From Octopus bimaculoides (taxonomy: Eukaryota), in assembly GCF_001194135.2 (NCBI RefSeq), contig NC_068987.1:13471831-13535830 (forward strand): a stretch of DNA of 64,000 nucleotides, read 5' to 3'. The first letter of the stretch is position 1. Every line of letters begins with the position of its first letter. The notes under the pieces were generated by a model that was not told the DNA's origin, made no database searches, and saw only the letters and a list, made by a program, of their open reading frames with translations. A program made the position numbers and the translations under genes. This document shows, in pieces, positions 24,541 to 36,515 of this stretch.

Positions 24541-26318
24541 GACCTCATTATCACCAAGGAACTCTCCTAGCAGAAGCACATATGCGTTTTTATATAAGAG
24601 GTATGTGAATGGCACAGCAGCATTTGAAATATACTAGGGACCATAAATAATGAATACCCAGTGTTCCATGTACTTTAAAACTGAGTACGAAAAGATTTTA
24701 ACAAAGGAAAATATCTACTGCATTACTATGAAGAATTAAAATTTAGAAGACTTTTTCAGTATAATATCATTAATGGAAAATAACAAAACAAAAAAAAAAG
24801 AATGTTAATGAGTGCCAAAAGACAGTTGAGAGTCAGTAATTAGATCTAGTTTTCTTGAGTGGAACTGATTGAGAGACAAATAAATGCTCCTCCGGATAGA
24901 ATGTCACCAATAATATTTTAAAATAATCTGGTAACTTATATATTCTTGACAGCTGAGGTGAACACAAGTAACATACAATGAAATGCTGTATCTTGAAATT
25001 CAACAAAATAGTAGTAGCAGCAGATTTGAACTCAAAACACTTCCACTTTTAATGTAAGGAGAAAAACTGTCCCCTCCCTCCAACACACACACCAAATATT
25101 TCCAACTGTATTCTTTTATTTTCTTTACATTCAGTTTGTGGTACTCATTATGTATCATAATACAATGGAACTTTGGAACAAGTCAGGACTACTTTTTTAC
25201 CAATTCTTGGAAATCCTAATTAATTTACATTTTAACACCAAAAATATAAAGAATAAAAAAAACGACTTTAGTATATATACAATATATACTTGTGTAATAC
25301 CCATCAAAATAGATGGTGTTTATTTCTGCTCCCTTCCAGTAATTCTTAATTTCTTCACAAGTCTTACATTTTCTTCTTGTGTTTCATTTTGTCTTCTTTC
25401 AGTTATTTTTTTACTTCCACACATTCTCCTCCAATACTCTTGCACATTCACATACTTCATTATTTCTGCTCTTCCTCCCTCTCTATCTCTCCCTAGACAT
25501 ATATTCCCCTCAATCTTTTTCTCTCAATAAAAATCTGCCCGCCTCTCTATCATTCTCATCTTACTTTACTAATTTCACCTCTCCAATGTATCTTTCTTTT
25601 TTTCACCTCTACTCTCTTACAATATCTCTGTCTCCCACTCTTTTCTTCCATTCCTCTCTATAAGTTACTGTCTGCTCACATCATTGCCCGTCACACAAGC
25701 AACTGCTGTCTACTGAGTTTTTACCAACCTCTTTCTCTCTCAACCTACTCTATCTTTCTATCTAATCTAACTCTCTTCATTATACTATCATTCTTTCTTT
25801 CACCTCTTTCAGTACATCCACTGCCTTTCCCTTTCTAGCATGACAGAAAAAAAGAACACAAAACAAAAACTGACATGTGACTTGATATTTTATATATATA
25901 TATATATGCTTATTTTCTAATGAATGTCTTCTATAAAATGAAGATGAAATAACTTATAGTAAAATGCCAAATGACAATACTGCCCAAGTTTATCCACAAA
26001 CTGTTGCTACTGTGCCATCCATACAGATTATCTTTCAAATACCCTAAACTATTCTCTATTATTGCAATTTTCAGACTAAGCCTTTTACAATACAAGAAAA
26101 ATAAGACCTGAGTATGTAAAAAAACAAAAAATTCTACCTTAGCCAAATAAATTTTTATTAGGAGAAATATATAATAAAGGCCTGATGACAATAAAGACAG
26201 TCATAATGATTATCAGAACTAAGTAAAAATGAATTTTACCTCTAATATTACATGTCCTTTTCCATTCATAAAGTTAACTTTTATATAAGAGAGGAGGGTA
26301 AGAAATGTATAAAGAAAT

Positions 26319-26360
<42 letters not shown>

Positions 26361-26829
26361 CATACAGAGGAGATAGGTAGGAGAAAATCACATGACAGAG
26401 AGGTGGGGGAGAAAACAAAAATCTTACTTTCTGAACTTTAATTAGCTGAAATGACTGCAGGGTTATAGAACATAAAGTGCAAAAGAAAAGAGCAGATGGA
26501 AATGCGGTTCTATGTTGCAATAATTAAAGGAAATGGATAAGCTAAATGGAAGAAAGAAATTATAGATACAATAAAAGGAAAGAGAAAAAAATATTTGGTT
26601 ATGTATTCGTTTTATTTTTTAATGGGAAAGAAACAAGTAGTAGCCTACATGGCAATATAAATAATTGATGTGTACAAATAAGGAAAAAAGGATTTCTTAT
26701 ACAACACTAAAAATGAACATTCTATAAGAATTAAAAAAAAAGGTAATATTCAGATTGTTTTTCATTTAATACAATCATTGAAAATGAATACAAAGAGCAA
26801 TAACTACTACCATTATCATCATCATCATC

Positions 26830-27190
26830 ATCATCAATATAACTATTACATACTATATTAGCAGGAATGTTGTCTTGAGGTTTGGTGACAAGTCTCCTCA
26901 AATGTCGAGAATCTTTCTTAGGACTCCTGCAGGATACGAGATTGCATTTTTCTGCAGGATGACAATGCATGTCTCAACTGCAATGTCCTTCAATCCCTTA
27001 GGTAACAGTTTGGATGTTGTGCCAAGTGCAACAATTACCACAGGAATAATTGCCATCTTAGTCTTCTACAGTCTCTTCATCTTTATGCCTAGGTTCTGAT
27101 ATTTCTCAATTTTTTTGATATCCACTGATATATGATATTGCAAAATCTATGATCTTACACTGTTTCTTTAGTAATAACAACACAGGCCCA
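26830..27190 (-). mobile_element. Decayed 3' end of an R4/Dong-like (restriction-like endonuclease) non-LTR retrotransposon
   Basis: Frameshifted translation KKQCKIIDFAIS.. / KIEKYQNLGIKMKRL*KTKMAIIPVVIVALGTTSK...LQKNAISYPAGVLRKILDI* fits the RLE C-terminus (IID.A..., KY..L, PVVIGALG, LRK.L); followed by an (ATG)n tail. Confidence 0.75.
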
Positions 27191-27414
27191 ACTACACTCT
27201 TCCTATTTGGCGGGAAAGCTATGGGTGATTAAATCAACAGCAGCACCGCATAAATAATTCTCATTTTGTCAACTTCTGAAAGGATGAAAGACAAAACATA
27301 AGACAGGATTTCAACCCAGTAACAGACCAGAACTAAATCTGCATGATATGAAGTTTCACTGAAGTTCTTTAACTCTACACTAATTCTGTTTGCCATCCAT
27401 AATAATAATAATAA

Positions 27415-28330
27415 TAATGGTTTTAAATTTTGCCACAAGGACAACAATTTTGGGGGAGGGGATGAGTCAATTATATCGACCCCAGTGTTCAACTTGCACT
27501 TATTTTATCGACCCCGAAAGGATGAAATGTAAAGTCGACCTCAGCAGAATTTGAACACAGCACATAGTGATGAGTGAAATACCGCTAAGTATTTTGTCCA
27601 GTGCACTAACAATTCTGCCAGCTCACCGCATAACGACGACGATGGTGATGGACTCTCCTGTCAAAGATGACATATGAGTGTCCAGCTTTTGCCCAATGGC
27701 CTGCACAAATGATTTGTTTATAGTGATCAAATGTTCATGCTGCACATTAGCTCGCTCTCTCTATCAAATTGACGTTGTCTGAACAGGTGCATGGTGCACC
27801 ATGCATCAGGTGTCAAAGTGATTGCAGAGCAATGTGAGATGAAGTGTTTTGCTTAAAAACACAATGTCCCACCCAGCCTAGGAATTGAAACCACAATCTC
27901 ACAATTGTGAGTGCATCACCGAAACCACCAGGCCATGCACTCTCACTAATAATAATATTAATAATAATAATAATGATGATGATAATAATCCTTTCTACTA
28001 TAAGCACAAGGCCTGAAATTTTGGGGTTAAGTTCACTACATCGACCCCAGTGCTTAAATGGTACTTATTTCATTGACCCCCAAAAGAATGAAAGGCAAAT
28101 TCAATCTTGGTGGAATTTGAACCCAGAATGTAAAGAACCAAAAGAAACACCATTTTGTCTGATGCACTGACAATTCTGACAGTTTGTCTCCTTAAATAAT
28201 TTTCAAATTTTGGAAGTTGGCCAACAAATGTAGAGAAAGGGTTAATTCATTATATTGAACCCATTACCTGGTTTACTTTATTTTACCGACCCCTAGAGGG
28301 ATGAAAGGCAAAGCCGACCTCGATAGGATT
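27415..28330 (-). mobile_element. SINE cluster: family A (27415-27630, 27985-28192, 28200-28330) with a family D copy (27640-27935)
   Basis: Family A motifs as above; family D motif gcaatgtgagatgaagtgttttgcttaaaaacacaa...ggaattgaaacc. Confidence 0.8.
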
Positions 28331-29976
28331 TGAACAAGTACAATATATAATAGTGAGGATACAGCTAGCTTTTGGTGATGAATAGTTAGTGTTAGAGGTG
28401 GTGGGGAAGAGGACAAGAGAAAGAAAATCCCATTAACCATAATAGCAAGATATAATTTAGAAAAGATGTTTAGAACGAACAATGACACAATATTCATAGG
28501 CAATAAAAGTCTACATAAACCTGGGTATCTTTTCACAGAATCATACACACCCTGTGTCTACATACACACCGCACTCATGCACTGTTCACTATACTCAGGT
28601 TGCATCTCAATGGTCAGTTGAGCGGATAGAAATAATAGCTAAATCTTGCTCAAAACAGACATGTCAGATAATTTGGTCCAAGGATTCCTTGCATTTAGGA
28701 AAAAAAATGAGAAAAAAAAAAAGATGTGTTGGTCACAGCTGCAATACTTTTGATCACAGATCTGCTTGGACCTATGGCTGAACAACACCAAATTTTTTTA
28801 CATGTGTCATACATACATATACACACAAAATTCATAATATAAAGCAAAAATGAGCAATTATGTTAGGCCCATTCTAGATTGTTAGTGGCTCAAAGAGAGA
28901 ACGTTTCCAGAGGCTGAAGCAGCAATTCATGTAAAAAGCTTAGTCATATACATACATACATTATATACATACATACATACATACATATACATACATACAT
29001 AGATATACATACTTATATACATATATATATATATTAGTAACGGGCAGGACTAAGACTTTTAAGTTACAGTGAATGAAGCATGCAATATTTGTTCTGAGAA
29101 AAAGAACAGAAGAAAAGAAAACCGCACAAAGGTGGGACAAAAAAACGAAACAGTGAGTTTACTTTTCTATTTTGAACCACATCTAAAAAAAGATAAGTGA
29201 CATCATGATAAAAAAAGAGGACAAAATATATACATAACAAAACAAAAAACAAAATTGTTAGCATTGTCAACAATGACAAATTACATTAAAATAAATATAT
29301 ACAAAGTCTTCAGTCACATGTATTACACAATTATGTATACATACAACTACACACATTGTGTGTGTATGTGTGTACACATGGATCAACAAAAGAAAGTGGC
29401 ACTCAACACTTTTGGCAGCAGTTATATATATTTTTAATAGCAGTTTGACTCAGCTCTGTGTGACAAAGTTTCAAGGGTGTGTAGGACGTGTCCCTCACAT
29501 GGGATATTAGGAGAAGGGTCGAATATGATGAAATGGGATGCAGTCTACATGCCCATGAAATTTTAAGTCATATGGAGCTGAATCAAACTGTTACTAAAAT
29601 ATATATATATATATATATATGTATATATGAACAATTTTTAAAGTATTACAGGACAGCTAGCTGCCTTCATATTAAATAACTTCCAAACATGTCCGTAGAT
29701 AATTTTCCTTGACCGAAAAAAAAAAAAAAAAGAAAAATCACCCACTTTACCAAAGTTTTACCTGTTGTTTTCATGTTTCATGTGAAAAGCAAAAGAGCCG
29801 ACACCCAAAAGAAAAAGGGAGAATAGAAAAATTGATTGAAGTAAAATAAGAAGCATTTATTTGTAAATGTGTTTAAAAAAAAAAAAAAAGTTAAGATTTC
29901 TGGCTGATCCCTGCAAATTGTCACCTTCCATCTATTTGTTTCTTTCTAACCAACAGACATTAGAATAAAGGAAACA

Positions 29977-30014
<38 letters not shown>

Positions 30015-30331
30015 CAAGAGAGAGGGTGGGGAAAGATAGTCAGGAACTAAGCATATTACCTAGAAGGTATAAACTTTGGTACCTAATGAATGAAGAAAGT
30101 GGGAAACAATATAATCATTAATAATTTGTTTTTAACAGTGGAGCTCAAAGTAGGTAGAGCTATGAAGAATACTTTGTAAATATTGGGTAGAAAATCCCTT
30201 TGGATAGAAAAAGTTGAAGGTTGCCCGTGGGACTTGAACCCACATCTTCTGTTAAACATGGAAGAGATTCTATTATTGTACTCAAGCAATCCTCCAAATT
30301 TCTCGATCCATTTTAAAAGAATTCTTCATTG

Positions 30332-30512
30332 ATTATGCCATAAGAATTTAGAAACATCAAGAGCTGTAAAATAATTTGTTTTTAATGGTGGAGCTTGAAG
30401 TAGAAAAGGTTATAATAATAACATATAAATATTGGGCTTAAAAAAAAAACCTTTAGATGGAAAAAAAAAAAATCAAAAGTCTCACTTAGTTTCTAAATAC
30501 TTATGACATAAT
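30332..30512. mobile_element. MITE with 24-nt inverted repeats, preceded by a partial direct duplicate (about 30120-30300)
   Basis: attatgccataagaatttagaaac / gtttctaaatacttatgacataat match 22/24; aataatttgtttttaa..gtggagct..aagtag occurs at 30120 and 30370. Confidence 0.65.
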
Positions 30513-31704
30513 AATAATAATAATAATAATAAAAATAATAATAATAATGACAGTTGTTTATGTGTGGAAAAAATGATGATTAGTGTTGAATTAAAAAACA
30601 AAACAAAAAAAAATACAGAAGATATTTTGATGGTGATGCAATTTCAAAAACAAGAATAAATTTATCTTTAGAACTGTGTACTAGAGTGCCACAAGAAATA
30701 TAATTGTATAGCCTGCAGCTAGCTAGGTAGTATGTAGATACACTGAAGCAAGTAACAATAATGAGCTGAAAATCTTTGATTAATGGCAATATTAACGAAT
30801 AAACCAAAAAGAAAGAGGAGGGAGGCCCCAAAACTCAAAGAAACTCTTTGATCGAAGTTAGATAATCCATTATCATAATCAATCACATTAAATCATCATC
30901 ATCGTTTAACGTCTGTTTTCCATGCTAGCATGGGTTGGACGATTTGACTGAGGATTTATATAATGAATCTTAGGTCTATCCACTAACATGCATACATCAT
31001 GTTTGCTTTTTAATTTTAAACTGAAGGTGTGTGCATGAGAGAGAGAGAGAGATAGAGAGGGAATATAAATTAATTTTTGGAACTAAATTTGAAGAATGAG
31101 ATAGTCCTACATGGCGACTGACGAGTAAAAGGCCAAGAAGACTAAGATGAAGATTTCCTTTGTCAAAGCAGAACGTCTGACAAGCTTCATGAACAGAAAA
31201 CTATTCTGATTTTTATTTGCAACCACCACTACCCATAGAAAAAAAGGTTGCACAAAATATCGCGAGATATTTCGAGAATTAATGCAGAGAAAATAGAGAA
31301 AAGGGTGCATAAAAGTATAAAGACACAAAAGGTTGAGAGAGGTTTTGAAAATTAAGATAGAGAGAAAGCAAATGGGTTGCCAGTCATAAAAATATATTTA
31401 TCAGGCAATTTTTCTTGTTTTTACCCCTTAAACTAAATTAATAAATGAAAGCCATTTTCAAGGAATGGTAGTGAATACAAATTAAGAAGTAGATGAGATT
31501 GGGTGTTAGATGATATTGTTTTATCAAGTTTATGCTTCCATATTTTATTGAAGGCCTCCCACAGTTAAAAGCAGCTACTTTCTTCTAAACATTGGCACAT
31601 ATACACACACACAGAGAAAATATTTAACTGTGATGAAATTAAATACATACATACATGTGTGTATGTATATGTATATGCAGGTGTGTGTGTGTATGTGTAT
31701 ATAT

Positions 31705-32020
31705 GTGTGGCTTAATGGTAAGGGACATTTGGCTTCCAATCATTAGGTTGTGAGTTCAATCCCCACCAGCATGTTGTATCCTTTGGCAAGGAACTTTAAT
31801 TCACATTGATCCAGTCCACTCAGCCAGCTAAAATGAGCTGTACCTGTATTTCAAAAGGCCAGCCTTATCACAATCTGTGTTGCGCTGAATCTCCCTGAGA
31901 ACTACATTGAGGGTATGCATGACTGTGGAGTACTCAGCCACTTGCATGTTAATTTTATGAGCAAGCTAGTTCGTTGATCAGATCTACCAGAACACTCCTT
32001 GTCATAACCAACAGAGTGCC
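31705..32020 (+). mobile_element. SINE family C (ccagtccactcag...gaatctccctgagaactac...tcagccacttgcac); other copies at 33975-34295 (+) and 42240-42480 (-)
   Basis: tRNA-like head with gagttcaatccc; three mutually similar copies. Confidence 0.8.
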
Positions 32021-32029
32021 AGTATAGTA

Positions 32030-32087
<58 letters not shown>

Positions 32088-34294
32088 TATGTATGTGTAC
32101 ATCAAGGTGTTTGTGTTTATGTGTAAAGATATCATTGTTATTGTTTTTAACATCTAATTTTCTATGCTTGCCTGGGTCAGATGGGGTTTATTAAGGAAAA
32201 TTTTCTATGGCTGGATGCCTTTCCTGTTGCCAACCCTCACCAGTTTCCAAGAAAGGTAATGTTTCCTCATGCCAAGACGTGTTCTTGCAGAATACTGGAA
32301 ATGAATAACACTGCATGCATAACAGTGACACTCATTTACCATGCAATGTCAAAACAAAGAGATAGGTGTGTGTGTGTGGAGTTGTATTTCAATTAACATC
32401 TGAACATACAGTATCTATTTTGTTTGGTTCTGATTATTACTCGATCTCTATTCTGGTGGAAGTAATACTGGTTACAGATTTCAATGTTTCTTTTTGAGTA
32501 GAGAGTTAGTTTTACAACTTTTTAACTTAAAGTTAAATGGAATTTTAAACCTGATGTCAAAAAATACTTTTATAACTTGAGTATAAGACACTGTTAATTC
32601 ACTCCACTTTCATGTTTATAACACAAAGGATAGCAGTTGTTATTTCATACTTTCAACCACTACAGCATAACAAAGAAAATCTTATATATAGCTGTCAACA
32701 CTTATTGTAGCCCAAAGCACAATTACAAAACAGAGTGGACAAAAATTAAAAAATAAATATCGAAAATCTTGTCAATGATGTATCTCCAGATGGTATCAGA
32801 GAAATTACTGATAAGAAATAATAACAATAGAAACTAATTGAATCAAATTAAGAAAATTAAGAAGAAAAAAAACGTTAAATAGATATTTGGTTAGAAGGGA
32901 AATAAAGAAATTTGGATGGAATGGTACATATCAAGAAGGAAAATAACACATAATTTTTAAAAATTACAATATTAATTGGTGAAAAGCTGGAAATATCAGG
33001 TATGGACTATTTATTGCATGGCGTGAAAAAAAAAAGAGTAAAAGCAATAAGAAGAATGATAATAACAATGATAATCATAATAATAAATATAATTATCCTG
33101 TTGATTAGAAGTTAGTTGTACTGATTATTAGAAACCAAGTGAATGTTATAGTAATAATAATTAGAAAAAAGAAGAAAAGTTTGAGATAATGAAAATCTAT
33201 GTCATGATATTGCTGTGTTCCTATTGATTTATCTGAAAAGGTAACAGTAATTATTGAAATTAAAAGACTGCAACAATTTTTGGTGGTGGTGGTCTTTTTA
33301 ATTTATTTTTGATAAATATTAAATGCAATACCACTAAAAGAAAAAACAAAAACAAAGGAAAAATAATTGATTATTAATTTGTAGTTTATATAACATCAGT
33401 GAAAGATATCTTTCAAAATAACACATGAAGAAAATCATTTCAAAATTTATTTACAGGCTAAGCACCTAGGTAGGTAGGTAAGTGTGTGTGTGTATGCATT
33501 CCTCTTCTCAATAATTCAGGTGTGTGAGGTTCAAGCAACGGGTAGTATCTGTTTAACAGGAAAATTAAAACATCACTTTGTGTGCATGTGTACGTGTAGT
33601 TGATTAAATTAGCCCCAAATCCTGGCACATAACTGTACATTTTTATTGAAGCCCCTAGGAGGAAGAACGAAAAACACAGCCCCAGCAAGATTTTGCTGAT
33701 GCAAAAGAGACAAAGCAACGTAATGATTTCTAACATAGGAGAGCACCAAGCCCTTATTTTAATACAACTGATCCAGCCCTTCTCCCCACAAACTTTATTG
33801 GTATTTAATTCATGAATCCAAAAGGTTGTTAAGCAAAAGCAATAACAGCATGATATCAACTCAGAACATAAAGAAATGCAACTAAATAGCACATAATATT
33901 TCTTTTCCTGTTGATCTGCCAATTCTGCCAAGCCAACACTGTTTTAGATATTCTACCAGTCCTTGATTGGTATGAAGGTACATAGCTTAAGTGGTTCAGA
34001 GTACTTGGCTCACAATCGTAAGGCCGAGAGTTTGATACCTGAAAGCCCATTGTGTCTTTCAGCAAGATACTTTATTTCATATTACTCCAATCCACTCAAC
34101 TGGGGAATATGAGTAGTAACTGCATTTCAAAGGTCCAATGTCACAATGTCACAGTGTGTGTCACGCTGAATCTCCCTGAGAACTATGTTAAATTTACGTG
34201 TGTCTGTGGAGTGCTCAGCCACTTGCACATTAATTTCAAGAGCTGGCTGTTCTGTTGATTGGATCAACACTTGTCATAAGCAATGGAGTGCCAG

Positions 34295-34692
34295 TACTTG
34301 GTTGGTACTTTATTGCAGCTAGAGGGACAACAGACAAAGTTAATCTTTGTGGTATTTGAACTCAAACTCAGAATATTAAAAAAAACTGGAACAAATAATG
34401 CAAGGGCTGGAAGAAATGCAGTTAAGCGTTTTGTGCAATGTGGTAACCATTCTGACAGCTCACTGCCTTAAAAATAATTGTTTCAATTTTGGCACAATGC
34501 CAGCAATTTTAGGGGGAATGGGAGAGTCAATTACATCAACCCAGTACATGACTGGTATTCAGTTTTATAAACAATGAAAGGGTGAAAGGCTAAGTTAACT
34601 CCAGAAGAATTTGAACCCAGAACATATTAATCAGAAGAAATATCACTAAGCATATTGTCTGATGCTCTCATGACTATGCCAGGTTGCCACCT
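34295..34692 (-). mobile_element. Two diverged SINE family A copies
   Basis: tggtacttt...tttgaactca...ttctgacagctcactgcc, repeated twice. Confidence 0.7.
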
Positions 34693-35147
34693 TAATAATA
34701 ATTAATAATAAGAGCCCTTAAAGGTGAGTAAAGATAAAATAATAATTAAAGACAATGAAAAGAAAGACAGAAATGAAAACAAAGGAACTGTCACCTTTAA
34801 CATAGTTAAACATTAAACTGTGTAACAGAGAACACAATGGAATTGTAACTACTAACTAGATTATCAGAGAAAGAGTTAAAAATAAAAGTCTTATTGTATT
34901 GATCAATATACATGCTGCAGGTGTTATCAAGTGATTGAGTGACTGACTGCTGGCCTGCATACAGCTGCAGAAAGCGCAAGAGAGAAATTCTGTCTCTTGA
35001 TGTTAGTGACTTCTTTTATAACAAGATTCCATGTTCTCACATTAAATGAATGCTTTTTTTTTTGTTTTTGTATTTCTAGGTTTTATCATTTATTAAAATT
35101 TTTTTGCCTCTCTCTCTCTCTCCCTCTCCCTCTCTCTNNNNNNNNNN

Positions 35148-35178
<31 letters not shown>

Positions 35179-36184
35179 TTACATGTATGTGTGCATGTAT
35201 AGCTGTATGTGTGTATGCATTTATTTGTGGGTGTAATATTTTGCTCACAAACATAAAAATTCCAAGATTTCTATTTTTCTTTTTTTTTTTAAATTTAATC
35301 ACGAACTGCCAGAATCAAAGAGCGATCTAATTAGTTAAGCAGGTTGCAGGGATTTTAATTTTCTTTTAAAAAGCCAAACTACCCAGAACTACAGTATTAT
35401 AGGGAGAAGCATGAACAAGAGAAGAAAGGAAGTTACAGAGGAGAATTATTTCTGAAATGCTCAAGTTAACAGTTAGAGGGGATGAGCTTTATTTTCCCAA
35501 AGAATTATCCTTACTCTCATTGAGAAACACATTCCCTAAGCCAGCAGAGTTTAATTAGGATTAATCCAACGAGTTCATTTCATTTGGTTGGTTCCATCTT
35601 AGTATTTTTCCCAGGCAATTTTCACCTTCTACCAAAACATGTACACACACACACACACTGAATCTATTTATATTTACTCATTATTAAATGAAAAATAATC
35701 ACACTCAAGCGAAGGGGTAAGATACTTCATGTGTTGACTACCAGCGTTTCCTAGCTGGGAATTCTACTGAAAATAGTGATGAATAGGTTAATTATAAATA
35801 GGTTGTGTGGTTAAAATATTCACTTTGAAAATATGAGGTTTTGGGTTCAATCCTACTTTACAGCACCTTTGGGAAATGTTTTCTATGATGGTCTTTGGAA
35901 GATGGAATTTGTAAGGAGCTTTGCCAGCAGGACCATTCTTGTTCTTCTGTGGAAGTAGATGTGCTCCATTGCCAGGTACCAAAGGGGTACTTATCTTTTT
36001 GATACCATTAGGGAGGGCCACTCAACAATTCAGTTGTGAGCATTCAGGTCAAGTGCTCAGTCTGAAAATGACTTTCTCCTACCAATCATGGGTGCTTCAT
36101 CTCCTCCTTTTGCTTTGATTAAACGATAAAAAAATTAAAGAAATTCCATGACACTATTACTAATTATTTACATAAGTGCAAACA

Positions 36185-36515
36185 CGGCTGTGTGGTTAAG
36201 AAGACCCATTGCACGACACCATGGGCAAAGATCTTTTATTATAGCTTAAGGCTGACCAATGCCTTGTGAGTGAATTTGGTAAATGGAAACTGTGTGGAAG
36301 CCCATTGCATATATATGGATGCATGTGTGGTGCTTGTTCCCTCACTGCTTGACAACTGGTGTTGGTTTGCTTATGTCCCTGCAAATAAGCAGTTTAGCGA
36401 AAGAGTCAGATGAAATAAGTATCAGAGTTAAAATAAGTATTGGGGATCAATTTGTTTGACTAAACCCTTAAAAGCAGGGCCCCAGCATGGCCACAATCTA
36501 ATGACAAGTAAAAGA
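36185..36515 (+). mobile_element. SINE family B
   Basis: ggctgtgtggttaagaag...ccatgggcaaagatc...cccagcatggccacaatc. Confidence 0.8.

Noticed and set aside
30227-30250. tRNA gene
   Set aside because: Only a T-arm-like fragment; no cloverleaf can be built. SINE heads elsewhere are likewise tRNA-derived, not tRNA genes.
33458-33931. 157-aa minus-strand ORF as a standalone gene
   Set aside because: Starts inside a SINE remnant, ends in a microsatellite, and resembles no family I recognise; only its internal splice and pairing signals were kept.
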